A DNA stretch of 64,000 nucleotides from Octopus sinensis (Eukaryota), in the NCBI RefSeq assembly GCF_006345805.1, contig NC_043024.1:15810001-15874000 (forward strand). Direction: 5' to 3'. The notes below the pieces were generated by a model. That model made no database searches and was not told the DNA's origin. It saw only the letters and a program-made list of their open reading frames with translations. Shown here one piece after another: positions 1 to 14,289 of this stretch. The position numbers were made by a program, and so were the translations under genes. The number at the start of each line of letters is the position of its first letter. Position 1 is the first letter of the stretch.

Positions 1-1255
1 GTGGCAAACTGAAACATCTAGGGAGTAACTCATATTTGCATACTACATGGAAAAATATATCTGGTGTGATTCACTTGCATTTGTATGCCACATGGAGGAA
101 AGGGGGAAATTCTAATTGGGGTTAACTCACATTCGCGTGCTCCATGTGGCAAGTTATTTTAGTGGAATGAATCAGCAAATTTAATGGAGTGATTTATCTA
201 AACCCCACATGTGGGAAGCTCGAATGTTGGTCATGTCTGGACTTGGTCGTACCACATGTGAGACACTAGTTTGGTAACATACATACATCCATTGCTAGAG
301 GTGGAAACCTATAGCCACATGTAGGAAATTTGGGCATTCGTGGAGTTACTCATAATGTAGGGGAATGTATAATCACTTAACACTCAATATTAGTGGAAGA
401 TCTCACTCAGTTACACATTAAACTTGGAGGAACTACATTACACTCATGTGTAACTTAATGCTGGAGAGACTGACTAACATGTAGCATTAATGGGATATGA
501 GCAGAATGGCTGACTCAGAGGTGGCAGGACTGGAGTGTGAGTGGAGTGTTTGATTTACATATAACAATTCTGGAATATGAGTAGAGAGTGTGACTCATCT
601 ATGACAATACAAGAATGTATGTAGAGTGAATGACTTGTATACAACAGTACAAGTATATGAGTGCAACAACACTGGAGTGTAAGTAGAATGAATGGCTCGT
701 AGATGTATGTTATATGGCGATACTGGAATGTGAGTGAACTGTGACACATGTAACAACAGAGGAATGTGAGTGGAGTGTCCAACTCATGCATGACAATAAA
801 GAAACATGAGTGGAGTGATTGATTTATATATGACAATATTGGAATGAGAGTGGAGTGTCTGATTTATGGCAGTACTGGAATGTAAGTTGAGTAACTGATT
901 GGCACTCATAGTAAGATAATACTTTGATCATGAGTAAAGTGTCATACTCTTAGCCATGTATGTAGTGCATGTACACAAGACTTGTCCAGCATCATTTGAG
1001 GTGGGGGGGGGGCTGCACTAATTCTATGATATAAAATGTAAGAAAATTATAAAATCATGGAATAACTGTACACTAACATGTGGTGACCCCTCACTCAGTC
1101 ACTCCTTATTCTTCCCTTTCTTTCTCTCTCACACACATGCTGGTATATAAATAAACACACATGTATATTATATATATAGTATGTAATATACATATATCAC
1201 AACGAAAAAGAATCATAGCTTATGTGTTATTCTTTAACAAAAATTGTTTGATCGT

Positions 1256-1290
1256 GACTTTGAAGTTTCAGCTTGCTTAGCCTTCATCAG
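1256..1290 (-). ncRNA. Minimal hammerhead-like motif
   Basis: CUGAUGAA GGCU AAGCA AGCU GAAAC UUCAAA GUC; stem I only ~2 bp. Confidence 0.5.
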
Positions 1291-3544
1291 ACTTGTTAAA
1301 GAATAATAAATATATACTCTACCAAATGTATTGAGTAATCTGTCAGTTTAATGTAAAATTGTTTTTATTATAACTCAACATAAAACCAAATATATACATA
1401 TGTGTGTGTGTGAGGGCATGTGGCTTAATGGTTTGGCTGTTGCACTCATGTTTGCAAGATTGTGGTTTCGATCCCCAGACTGGGTGTTGTCAAGCAAAAC
1501 TCTTCATTTCACGTTGGTTTCTGATCACTTTGACATCTGACGTGTAGCACATTGTGTACCTGTACAGGGAATGTTGATATGATGAGAGGAATAAGCTAGC
1601 ATACAGCTCAAACATTTGAATATTATAAACAAATATTCCGAGCAGATTGCTCTGCATGAAACTGTAGAACCTTCTTCTGTCCTCTACCGAAGGAAAGTTC
1701 CCAAGATGCATAAACATTATTTATTTATATATATAAGATATAGTGCTTTTTACCTCGCATTTATGCATTCAGACACATGTATCTATTTTCATGTGCGTGT
1801 GTGTGTGTGTGTGTAGTCACATGGCATTGTCATGTGACCACTTTAGTGAGATTTGAATTGAATGCATTTCTCCATTTCGATTGAATTCCTCTTGTGCCAT
1901 TTTAACGGGACTGAAGAATTCATTAACTTCTCAAGCAAAATAATTACAGACATCTATGATAGTTTCTTGTTGTTGTTATTGTTATTTATTATTATTGTTG
2001 TTGTTGATGATAACGTTGATGATTTGTGCTCCTGGCTAACTAAGACCATGTCTTAGTTTCAGTTCTTCGTTGGAAATGGAGCTTTTTCACTTGTGCATAT
2101 AAACTCACACAAACACGCACATGTATATTTGCAGAAATGTGGAGAAGAGGTGGCATGCATGCACATTCACATGCAGAAACAAACACAAGCACAAATATAT
2201 ATAATGCTGGTGATCCCTTTCTTCCTTGTAACTTATTAGAGTGTGGGACATTACTGAATATTTCCTTATTTTGGTGCAGACCTTACAGTTGATCAGTCAT
2301 ACACACTTTCAAACATACACCTATGTATGTGTATATATGTATGTATATAAACATGTTTGTGTATATATATGCTTACATGAGGTGTGGGTTCAAGTCTTGC
2401 AGGCAACCATCGACTTTTTCTATCTAAGGGTTATTTTTTAAACCTAATATTTACTCACTATTATTTATGGCTTCAACTGCTTTGAGATTTACTGTTCTTT
2501 AAACAATTTATTTCACATTCTCTCAAAAGTTTCTGAATTCTTAAATATATAAAAATGAAAGAAAATAGAGTGACAGAATCCAAGTGAATACCTAAATAAG
2601 CACCTTGCGATAAAACTTGGTTAACAAAACATCTTGTAAAGAGTATATTAAACTATATAGATTAAATATTCTAGGTAATGTGTATAAACTATAAATGTGA
2701 GGTTATTCACCAACTGACAAGTTTGTACATTAATACCTAAAGTGACAGCCTAAGAGGCGGGGTGGGGCAGGGAAGAGCAGCAAGGCACCCTAAAACCACA
2801 TAGCGAAGGACTATTGACAAAGAAAGGAGATGAGAAGGGTGTAGAAGTTGGAATGAGACTATAAGAGTGTCCGAAAACAGAGCTGAATGGAGAGCTCATG
2901 TTGTGACCTTATGTGCCTCATGGCACAGAGGGAACTAACATTAATCCCAGAATGCAATGGCAACCAGACAAATAATCTATTCTTGATTTGTTTTATTCAC
3001 TTTTGAATGTTTCGAATGGCTTGAGAAACTGTTCCCTCTCGCTATACAATGTCTTGTAAGCATAATCAATCAAGTTATTATAAAATAACTTTCATTGCTC
3101 TGGCGAGAAGATTTCAGAAGAGGAATTAGTGTAACTGTCTCTTTAATTAATTCATTCATTAGTCGACGGCAACCTGACAGAATCATTAGCATATCAGACA
3201 AAATGTGTCTATCTTTGATGTTTAACCCTATGTCATTTCCAGTCTTGGTTCCAAACATGACCATCCCAATTTTAATTCAGACACAGTGTATCTAGGATTA
3301 CATTATCTGATGTGTCCATCCTCATTACTGTGTTCGCTTGATCCCAAGTCATCCTTGACCTACGAGATCTCTGGTTAAATATGTTCCAACCATGACCATC
3401 CCATCTTATGTTCAGACCGTGTATCAAGGCTGAAGAGGGAGCTCTTGTACCATCTTGGTTCTCCTTTTCTAATTCTATCCACGTCCAGAATGCATTACAT
3501 AGAATGTAAAATGTCTCTAAGATCACCCTCTGAGAGGAGAGGGT

Positions 3545-3820
3545 GGCAAGTTGAGAATTGCTGAAGCATGGAATAAACTACCTGCATCAGTTCTTAGCTG
3601 TCGAGACACCACATTCTTCAAAACTTCCATACTTCCTGAAATCCACCCACAGTACACTTGATGCCCCTCAATTCCATTTCTTCCCTTTTTTTTTTTTTTG
3701 AAGATTTTTTTCCACTGTTCACTTCTTGTGCATATTCTGTGCACTGTTCTTGCAGTTTTGGTTACTTTTTCTGATGAATCGTTATGCACCTGAGCACTGT
3801 ATATAATAAGTTCGTTATTA
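3545..3820 (+). mobile_element. CR1/L2-like LINE 3' tail
   Basis: LRIAEAWNKLPASV..FK, typical of the ORF2 C-terminus. Confidence 0.55.
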
Positions 3821-4434
3821 TAGCCCTGCCCTCAAAAAATTAAAGATAAAATTTGACTTGATCACAATTTGAATTCAGAATATAAACAATGCTTAACTTG
3901 CCAGATATATATCATATATCTGTAATATGTGATATCAAATTTATCAGTGTATATGATATATGTTACACACTGTATGGGAAATATGTCATAGAAATATGTA
4001 ATATCAAATATATCAGAGGTATATGTAAGTTATTTCAGCACCCATGAAGTCAAATTTTGTCTGCTACAACCTATGTGTAAGTTTTCATGCACCAGGCGCC
4101 TTTAAAGGAGGATGTCTCAAGGCTTATGACGCAGTATTTGGTGTTCTAATATGGCATCCATGTTAAGTTGGAGATATATATATATATATATATAAGTTCA
4201 GCAAAAATTTAGATTCAAATGAATATGATACTTAATTTAGATGCACCAGAATTTTGTATGGTGTTATCCATAAAAATCCGTGGGGTGATTATAATCAAAA
4301 TAAGCAACAAGAATGACTCCGGTAATTTGGTACAATCGTTTCGTACTACATCATTTTATTAAATGTTGTAAGTATTCTTGTTGCTTATTTTGATTATATA
4401 TATTATATATATATATATATATATATTTGTGTGA

Positions 4435-4770
4435 AGGCACATGGCACAGTGGTTCAAGCATCGGGCCTACAATCATGAGGTTGTGAGTTCAATTCCCTGG
4501 CCCAAGTTGTGTGTTGTGTTCTTGAGCAAGACACTTTACTTCACGTTGCTCCAGTTCACTCAGCTGTAGAAATGAGTAGCGATGTCACAGGTGCCATGCT
4601 GTATCGGCCCTTTTGCTTTTCCTTTGGATAATATCGGTGGCCTGGAGAGTGGGAACTGATATGCATGGGTGGCTGCTGTCTTGCACAAGCAGCCTTGTCC
4701 AGACTTGTGCTTCAGAGGGGAACTTTCTAGGTACAATCCCATGGTCATTCGTGACTGAAGGGGGTCTTTA
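4435..4770 (+). mobile_element. tRNA-headed SINE family C
   Basis: Head TGGC.CAGTGG..GAGTTCAATTCC; copies at 16818-17150 (+), 43551-43888 and 50185-50372 (-). Confidence 0.8.
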
Positions 4771-7355
4771 TCTGTTACCTTTTATATTTGTGTGCATGTG
4801 ATATGTGGTTCCTGAGTCCAACTGTTTTCCGACACGTAGGTCTCAAAGACCTCAAAATATTAGATTCTAAACTCCTTAAAGCACTTGATCTCATTGAATC
4901 TCTCTTATTGATCTCAATTAAACTCACTTATTGATTATCCACCAACAATAATGGAGAAGATTCTAGTATTAATGCACAAATTGAAAAGATGAACAATTCT
5001 AAATTTAAATGCTTCCCAGGTTGACTTAGGCACCTTTGGCAGCAGACTGGCTGAAGACAATATTCTTGCTGTAGTTAGATATGGTCCTTTTGAGTTCAAA
5101 TCCTACCCAGGTTAACTTTAATTTTCATCATTCTGGAGTTGATAGATAACCAATAAAATATAGAGATTTTATATTCTTAGATGGAAATGGAATTAGGACA
5201 AAAGAGCAACCCTAACTGTCCTCCTGGGGCCAAGAAAATAAAATAGCAATGAAATACTGGGGTAGCTTTAATATTCCTATATAGTATTCTAGATATGAAT
5301 GGAATTAGAAGACTAAGATTGACTTTAGCTTTCATATTTCTGATGTTAATCTACCCCCAATATTTTACTGGTACTTTATTTTAATATGTGAATGGAATTA
5401 TAGAAGAAGACTAGCTTTGTCTTTCCTCCTCCTGGCATCGATTAAATGAAGTAACAGTGAAATACTAGGGTAGATTTTGTATTTCTACAAAGCATCCTAA
5501 ATATGAATGGATGAAAATATAATAAAAGATTAAAACTGAAGTTGACAGAATTATGCCACATGAAGCTACTGAAGACAAATTTAATATTTGTTATAAAGCA
5601 TTCTAGATGTGAATGGAATTACAATAAAAGACAGGCTAAGATAGTCTATGATGAAATTTATTTTATCAACACCCTTTCATGAAATATTGGGGTAGATTTA
5701 ATATTGTTATAAAACGCTCTAGTTGTGAATCAGTGTAAAACATTCACAAAAGATCTGAATTATAACAGAAGACCAATACTAAGATGTAGTGTTTAAATTT
5801 TTCTATATATAACGGTTAGCTTAAGTAGGAACGTTAACATTTTGGGCAAAATGCTTAGCGGCACTTCATCCATCTTTACATTCTGAGTTCAAATGCTGCC
5901 TGGGTTGACTTTGTCTTTCATCCTTTCAGGGCCAATAAAATAAGTACCAGTTGAGCACTGGGATTCAATGTAATCGATTGACCCCTTTCCCCAAATTACT
6001 GGCCTTGTGCCAAAATTTGAAACAAACAGCGGAATATAATATCTGTTAAACAGCAGGAGCACTGTTAAATTGCTGAGGGCTTTGCTATCTTGCTTCAGTT
6101 GGTTAAGGTTGTATGGAGGGTGGGCTTGCTGAAAGTTAGTGTAGTGTGGTCCTGTTTGTAAGTTTTGCGTGTGCATTCTGCATATTCATTGGTGCCCCCC
6201 ACAGCTCTGATATTCTAATATAAGACTAAATATCCATATTATGCACCACATGCTCACATTTTCTATATCTTTTATGTTTCAGTCATTGGACCGTGGCCAT
6301 GCTGGGGCACTGCCTTGAGGGATTTTAGTCAAATGAATTGACCCTGGTACTTATTCTAAAGCCTGGTGCTAAGTCTATCAGTCTCTAGCCAAAACACTAA
6401 GTTATCAGGATGTAAACAAACCAACACCAGTTGTCAAGTGAGCAAATGTATGTACATATATATATATATACACACTCTCACTTTCTACCAAAGTCACTTG
6501 CAAGGCTTTAAGTTAGCCTGGGGCTATAGTAGAAGACACTTGCCCGAAGTACCGCACAGTGGGACTGAACCTAATGTTGTGTGGTTGTGAAGCTAACTTC
6601 TTACTACATGGTACAAAATGTTTTGGTACAGCTGTTTCGGTGTTGCCTATTCATTGTTGATGATTTGATGCTGACCAATTTGACATCAGTCATTTCAATG
6701 CTTCTCCCTCTTTCCTTATGTATATGAGCAGAGGGAATGTGTCAATTGTATTCAATTAGTAAATTATGTCTCTCTCCCTCCCTCCCTCTCTTGATGTGTG
6801 TAAGCATATTTTTTTATGCATAATGAAGATGTGGCTTTGGGGTTAGGTTATTCAGCTCACAATTGTAAGGTTCTGAGTTCAATCCCCAGTGGCACATTGC
6901 ATCCTTGAGCAAGGCACTTTATTCCACATTGCTGCAGTCCACTCAGCTGGCAAAGATGAGATGTTGTACCTGTAATTCAAAGGGCCAGCCTTGTCACACT
7001 CTGTGTCATGCTGAATCTCACTGAGAACTACACTAAGGGTACACGTGTCTATGGAGTATTCAGCCACTTGCACGTTAATTTTACAAGGTGGTTGTTAGGC
7101 TGATTAGACCAGCTCGTCATCATAAACAATGGAATATCTTGAGAACTACGTTAAGGGTACATGTGTCTGTGGAATACTCAGCCACGTGCACGTTAATTTT
7201 ACAAGCTAGCTGTCCCGTTGATTGGATCAACTGGAACCCTAGTCATCATAACTGATGGAATGCCAGTTTTTATGCAAATGAGGAAAAGGGAAAGGGTTTA
7301 TGTCTACCATGTTCATTGAAATATATTGTAATGTCTCTCTCTCTCTTCCTCCTCC

Positions 7356-7387
<32 letters not shown>

Positions 7388-8726
7388 ATGCATGTGAGCA
7401 TATTTCTGTACATGTATGAGCAAAGAAGTGTTTGCCAATTATATTCTATAATGTCTCTTTCCTCTTCATCCTCCTGTTCCTCTCTCTCTCTCTGTTTATC
7501 TGTGGGAGTATATTTCTCTTTATGCATATGAAGAGAGGGGAAAAGTCTTCTTGTCAACCAGGTCCAAGTAACAAATTATAATCTCTCTCTCCCTCTCATT
7601 CACTTTCTGCTTCTGTGTCTATATTTCTGCATATATGCATGTGTGTGCTTCCAGCACCAAAACCTGTTGCCAAAACAGGTCGAATAAACATGAGTACATA
7701 TACGTTTTTTTTTTTCATTTATATTTGGCAGAAGTTACAGAGTAACTCAAGGGCCAAAAGTTTCATGCATCAAACTGATAAGTGCCAATGCACGAAACTC
7801 TCGACCCTTGTGTCACTCTTTAACTTCTACTGTTTATTAATAAAGGACTTACGTATTCTAAACATTGTATTCTGGAGATATGCTTTCCAAATCTACACAG
7901 TCTGCAACTTAAATCACAATTTTAATCCTTCATCATTTTCATTTCTTAATATCCTTGCTCTGGGAAAGGCATGGATGTCACATAATCATATTTATTGACC
8001 CCCCCCTTCTTTATAAATCTGAGCTCGTAATTGCTATATAATAAATGAATATACTTACATACGAATATATGGTGGTGGTGGTGGTGGTGGTGATGGTAAG
8101 TAGTGGTGGTGGTGGTTGTGGTGGTGGTAAGATGTGAGTGGAGAACGACATGTGGTGGGGACTACAGTATTGAAGATTACACACAAACATACATACACAC
8201 ACACACTCAAGTGTACATACTGTTATTGTTTTCGAGGAAACAAATAAAATATCTTCTATCCATATCATTTGCTATGTGTACCGTTGTTTATTGTTATAGC
8301 AACTAGTGAAGAATCACCAGGTTCAAATCTTAACCCAAGCACTCGTTTGGGGCACTAAACCAGAACATTTATTTTTTAATTTATTTATTGTTTTTTTTTA
8401 ATGGTTTAATCAAAGAAGAAGGGGACATGAGCCATGATCCTTTATATTTGAGCTTCCACGAAGGGTTATAGGCAGAGCCCTTAAAGAAAGATAAAAATAA
8501 AAAAGGAACAATAGTCCTATCTCCAGACCTGGGTTAACTGCTTGTAACACAGTGGACGACTCCAAAGGTACCCAAGTTGACTGGATGGTGACAGTGGAGG
8601 AGATGGTGGTGGTGTTGGTAGAGATGGTGGTATGACCCTCAAGCAACTGATTAAGTTCCCTACTTGATGTTATGATGCCATCTTTCTACATGGCTTACCT
8701 CAATTCTATACCGTTATTGAAAATTT

Positions 8727-9160
8727 CTGTATTTTCTGGCATACTATTTGACTTAGTATATAGCATAAACATTGAAACATCGTCCCTATCTTTCCAAATC
8801 TTGCTGCATTTCACATGGAATCTTTGACCCTACAAAGCCGTCTTGCTGTTTATTTATTATTATCATTTATTTATTTTTTTTTTTGTTTGCTGTACATTTT
8901 TGTCTGAAAAATTCGACTTATATACTAGAAAATACGGTACCTGCAGCTACCACACTTAGTTGTAAATTTTCGCCTGAAACATTTGACTTGTATACAAGAA
9001 AATATGGTACCTGTGACTACTACACTTAGCTGAACATTTTGGTCTGAAAAATTCGACTTATATACCAGAAAATATGGTACCTGTAGCTACCACACTTAGC
9101 TGTTAATTTTTACCTGAAACATTCAACTTGTATACCAGAAAATACGGTACCTGCGACTAC
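8727..9160. mobile_element. Tc2-like MITE with right end amplified as 4 x 70-bp tandem
   Basis: Left TIR CTGTATTTTCTGGCATA; right TIR ..GAAAATA(C/T)GG-TA recurs every 70 bp. Confidence 0.7.
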
Positions 9161-10448
9161 CAGCCATCGCCTACAGCATCATCTCTTTCCCAGCCACTAC
9201 ACCTACCAGTCTGTAACTGATGATGTGAGAAGAAACAGGGAGAGTTTCACCCAAGCCGGATGTAAAATGTGAAAAAATAATAATAATAATAAAAGTTTAC
9301 ATTTATGAATTTCAAGAAAAGAAGCATTCAACCCATGCTAGCATGTCATAACAAAATGGGGTAAATAAATGTATTTCAACAACGAAGATCCATATTGTTT
9401 TTAGTTCCATAATTCTGGTTTCCCTCTTTCTTAAACGGAGTTAAGAATATTACTGGTATTGTGTAGTTAGTAAGTCAGTTGTTTAAGAATTAGTTCTAGG
9501 TTCAAGCCGAGGAACTACTCAAAGTCTTAACTATTTGTACAACACAGTATTGCATGAGATTGTATTGTTCAGTCAGTCCTGAAATGCATGAGATGACAAA
9601 AATTATACTAACATTGTTTACATTCATTTTGGAGGAAGTAAGGAACTCTGATGTAAGGAACAAAACTAACACTTCTATCATCTATTTTTCTGCAGTAACA
9701 GAATTATTAAGGGCCTGGGCTTTTGGCATAGAACAGGATGTTAAAGGTTAATTTATGGCTACACATATTTCTCATACACGTGCCTCTGTGTGCATGCACA
9801 CGGGTGTGTATTGATATATATATATATATATATGTATGTATTTATATATGTATAACTCCAAGAAGATTGGTATGGATCTGTGTCAACAAAACTCATATTT
9901 AGTAAAAAGAAGTTGACAAAATGGATACAATGAACTTGTGGTGAGGAGTGGAAAATCTGATGTTTCGGACAATCAACGTGCAGCAAATTGTTCTCTTAGC
10001 TTTTCTTTGAAGACAATCCGTCCAGAACATATTTTCAGCTCCACACAAAGTTCAATGTACTCATATTGTTTCAGTCATTAGACTGTGGCCATGCTGGGGC
10101 ACCACATTGTAGGATTTTTGTCAGACAAATCAACCCCTCTACTTGCTATTATTTTATTAAGCCTGGTACTTTTTCTGTCAGACTGTTTTTGCCTAACTAC
10201 TACGTTACGGGGACATAAACAAACCAACACTGGCTGTCAAATGGTGATGGAGGACCAAGCACACACATTTGAGTTTCTGTCAAATGCATTCACAAAGTCT
10301 TTGATTAGCTTGGCTTCGGGCTATAGAAGACATTTGCCCAAGGTGCAAAGTAGTGGGACTGAACTCAGAACCATGTGTTTAGGATGCACACTTCTTACCA
10401 ACATATATATATATATATATGGATCAAAACAGTTTGATTGAAATTCAT

Positions 10449-10488
10449 TGGTACTCAAAGTTTCAAGCATGATGCTAATCTTCAACCA
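10449..10488 (-). ncRNA. Degenerate minimal hammerhead-like motif
   Basis: UGG UUGAAGA UUAGCAUCAUGCUU GAAAC UUUGA GUA^CCA; core C3 changed to U. Confidence 0.4.
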
Positions 10489-11604
10489 TTAGCTGAAGAT
10501 ATATATATATCATAGCATACAATAATATATAATATATATGTTTATTATATATGCTATTAATATATATATTCTATGCTATAATATATATGCTATAACATAT
10601 ATATGTCATAGCATAGAATATATATATTAATAGCATATGGCGGTGCCCCAGCATGGCCACAGCTCATAAGCTGAAACTAGAATCAATCAATCAATCATAT
10701 ATTATAGTGTTGTGTGGTAAGAAGCTTGCTTCCCAACCACATGGTTCCGGGTTCAGTCCCACTGCATGGCATCTTGGGGAGGTGTCTTCTACTATAGCCT
10801 TAGGCTAACCCAAACCTTGTGAGTGGATTTGGTTGATTTGTGTGTTTGTCTTCCTACCACCATCACTTGACAACCGGCTGTGCTTATGTCCCCGGAACTT
10901 CATGGTTCAGCAAAAAGAGACTGATAGAATAAGTACTAGGCTTACAAAAAATAAGTCCTGAGGTTCATTGGTTCGTATAAAGGCGGTGCTCCAGCATAGC
11001 CACAGTCAAATGACTGAAACAAATAAAAGAATATATTATAGAATAGAAGAAAAAAATCTAACATTGCATGTAGGATTTGAATGCTACATGTGCTGTAAAC
11101 CATGTAGCTGTGCCAATCACTATACCAAAGTGACATTACAATTTTGATTGTCCACATTGCGAGATATAAGGCAAGAAGCTTAAGGTTTCACATAGCAATG
11201 GCCTGTCAACAAGGGATTTAAACCACACACAAATCACAGCATCTTATATGCACTTAATATGGGGGATGGAAAAATGTAAGATTGCACATACACATACACG
11301 TGTGTGTGTTTGGGAAGAGGCTTAGCCTAGTGGTTAGGGAGTCAGACTCATGGTCGTAAGATTGTGGTTTCGATTCCTGGACAGGGTGATGCATTGTGTT
11401 CTTGAGCAAAACACTTCATTTCACGTTGCTCCAGTCCCCCTTTCAATCAGGGGGTGGGGAATGTTGGCCTGCTCGCTTAGCCAGCAGGGTAGCGTCATCT
11501 GACGGCTAAAACAATTCAAAAGTGCATTGTGACCAGTGATGTGTAATAATATTTGACAGTGTGGTTGGTTATGTGATCACATTATACATATGTGTGTGTG
11601 TGGA

Positions 11605-11975
11605 GGACCAGTGGTTAGGGCAGTGGACTGTGGCGGACTTGTGATCATAGGATCGCAGTTTCAATTCCCAGACTGGGCATTGTGAGTGTTTATTGAGCAA
11701 AAACACTTAAAACTCCACGAGGCTCCAGCAGGGGGTAGTGGCAAACCCAGCTGTACTCTTTCACCACAAATTTCTTTCCTCCTGTTTCTGTTGTACCTGT
11801 ATTTTAAAGGGCCAGCCTTGTCACATTCTGTATCATGCTGAATCTCCCTGAGAACTATGTTAAGGGTACACATGTCAGTGGAGTGCTCAGCCACTTGCAT
11901 GTTAAGTTCATGAGCAGGCTATTTCGTTGATCGGATCAACTGGAACCCTCGTCGTCATAACCGATGAAGTGCCGT
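11605..11975 (+). mobile_element. tRNA-headed SINE family D
   Basis: Shares blocks with 6825-7265, 11316-11575, 1412-1610 and 33350-33590. Confidence 0.65.
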
Positions 11976-11977
11976 AG

Positions 11978-12013
<36 letters not shown>

Positions 12014-12502
12014 TTTATTTGTTTCAGTCATTAGACTGCAGCCACACTGGGGCACTGCCTTGAAGAATTCTTTTATTGCTGAATGAATCAACCCCTATAT
12101 TTATCCTTTTATCCTATTGGTCTCTTTATGGGAACGTAAACATACAAACACTGGTTGTCAATGGTAGTGGGGGACAAACACAGACACTCACACAGATGCT
12201 ATATATATATATATATAGGATGGGCTGCTTTCAGTTTCCATCTACCAAATCCACCCACGAGGCTTTGATCGGCCCAAGGTTGTAGCAGAAGATAGTTGCA
12301 CAAAGTGCCAAGCAGTGAGACCAAGCCCAGAACCATATGGTTGGGAATTGGGAAGCAAGCCTCTTACACATAGCTATGCCTGTACCTGTCCCCTGATCCA
12401 ACACGACTCTTATGGAACAAACAACTCAATTAGACTCCCATGAACATGTAAAGAACCCCATTGTTTTTTCTTTTTTATATAAAAAAAAAGCACCAAAAAA
12501 CA

Positions 12503-14055
12503 TGGTCAATGCAGAAACTAGGGATAGACGAGTGGTTGGTGAAAGCTGTGCAGGTCATGTACAGGGACACTATCAGTAAGGTGAGGATTGGCAACGAGCA
12601 CAGCGAAGCAATCAGGGTACAAGTAAAGGTTCACCAAGGATCAGTTCTCAGCCCCCACTTGTTCATCATAGTACTCCAGGCAATAACAGAGGAGTTTAAG
12701 ACAGGCTGCCCCTGGGAGCTCCTCTATGCTGATGACCTTGTTCTTATAGCTGAATCACTACCAGGACTGGAGAAGAAGTTTCAGGTATGGAAACAAGGTC
12801 TAGAATCGAAGGGCCTTAGAGTTAACCTCGCAAAAACCAAAATTGTAGTAAATAGGAAGGCAGACAAATGACAAATCCCTCCAGGTAGATGGCTCTACTC
12901 AATCTGTAGAAAAGGCGTGGGTAGAAACTCTATAAGATTTAGCTGGTGTAAGCTTTGGACACATAAGAGGTGCAGCAATATCAGAGGAAGGTTAACAGAA
13001 AAAATAGTTATTGTGTGTGGAATATGTACAGGTGCAATAAACACTGAAAATGTGCAGAAAATAGACTCCATCAAACTGTCAGAGGGGTGGGGGTAAGCTT
13101 CTGTTATCTAAGTGACTAAGTAGCAGAGGTAGATGCTCCGAGAGCGTAGCTGTGAGAATAAGAATAGGCTGGACAAAGTTCAGAGAGCTCCTACCTCTGA
13201 TGGCAACAAAGGGCCTCTCTCTTGCAGAGTGAAAAACAGATTGTATGATGCTTGTATGCGAAGAGCTATGGTACACAGCAGTGAAACATGGGCTGTGACA
13301 GCCGATGACATGCATAGGCTTGAAAGAAATGAAGCTAGTATGCTTTCCTGGATGTACAGTGTCAGTGTGCATGTATAACAGAGTGTAAGCATCTTGAGAG
13401 AAAAGGTGGGCATAAGAGGCATCAGATGTGGTGTGCAAGGGAGACAACTGCGCTGGTCTGGTCATGTGATGTGCATGAAGGAGGACAGCTGGACTGAACC
13501 TGTTGAGATTAACCCAGGAAGACATGGGACGAGGTAGTGAAGCATGATCTTTGAATTTTGGGCCTCACAGAGGCAATGATTAGTGACTGAGACTTTTGGC
13601 GATATGCTGTTCTTGAAAAGACCCATTAAGCCAAGTGAAATTGTAATCATGGCCGATGCTAGTGTCATGTAGCTGATACATAAAAAGCACCTTTTGAATA
13701 TTGGGCCTTATAGAGGCAAAGTGGTCAATGCTGGGAGCCCATGGAAATCTCCTTTCGAGTGTTGGGCCTCACAGAGGCTATGACGAATGACCAAGACCTT
13801 TAGCATCATGTCATGCTTGAGAAGAAGACCCATCAGGCCAAGTAAAGTCATAGTCGTTGCAGATACTTGTGTCACGGAAATGGCACCCGTGCCGGTGACA
13901 CATAAAAGGACCCATTACAGAGTGGTTGGCACTAGGAAGGGTATCCAACTGTAGAAACCATGTTAAATCAGACTGGAGTCTGGTGCAGCCTTCCAGCTTG
14001 CCAGCCTTGGTCAAACCGTTCAACCCATGGTCAATGGATGTTAAACGATGATGAT
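12503..14055 (+). mobile_element. RTE-type LINE 3' remnant (RT, C-terminus and 3' UTR)
   Basis: QGSVLSP.LF and ELLYADDL RT motifs, GL.VN.AKTK, SETWA; stops and frameshifts; ends in (GAT)n. Confidence 0.85.
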
Positions 14056-14289
14056 TATATATACACACACATACACACAAAGAAACAAGGGGTACTGAAA
14101 AGTGCCTGGTTTTGGCAAAATAAAATACAGGAGGGTCAGTTAATTATGATTTTATTCAACATAATCCACACTTATTGCAGCAGCCCTTCAGATTTTCTAA
14201 GCTCTGTAAAAGGACTGGGATGGTTGGGCCTCCAACTAGGCCTTTTGCAGTACCCTTAAAGCCAGGTACTTTACAGCTTAAAAATTCCA

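Noticed and set aside
2990-3526. Minus-strand ORFs with a small internal duplication
   Set aside because: No recognisable protein and no consistent spliced frame
9213-9250. CTGATGA...GAAAC...GTT hammerhead-like spacing
   Set aside because: Stems I and II do not pair
9560-9750. Two exon-like segments with AG/GT signals
   Set aside because: Splicing them gives an immediate stop and no homology was recognised; could be UTR but unsupported
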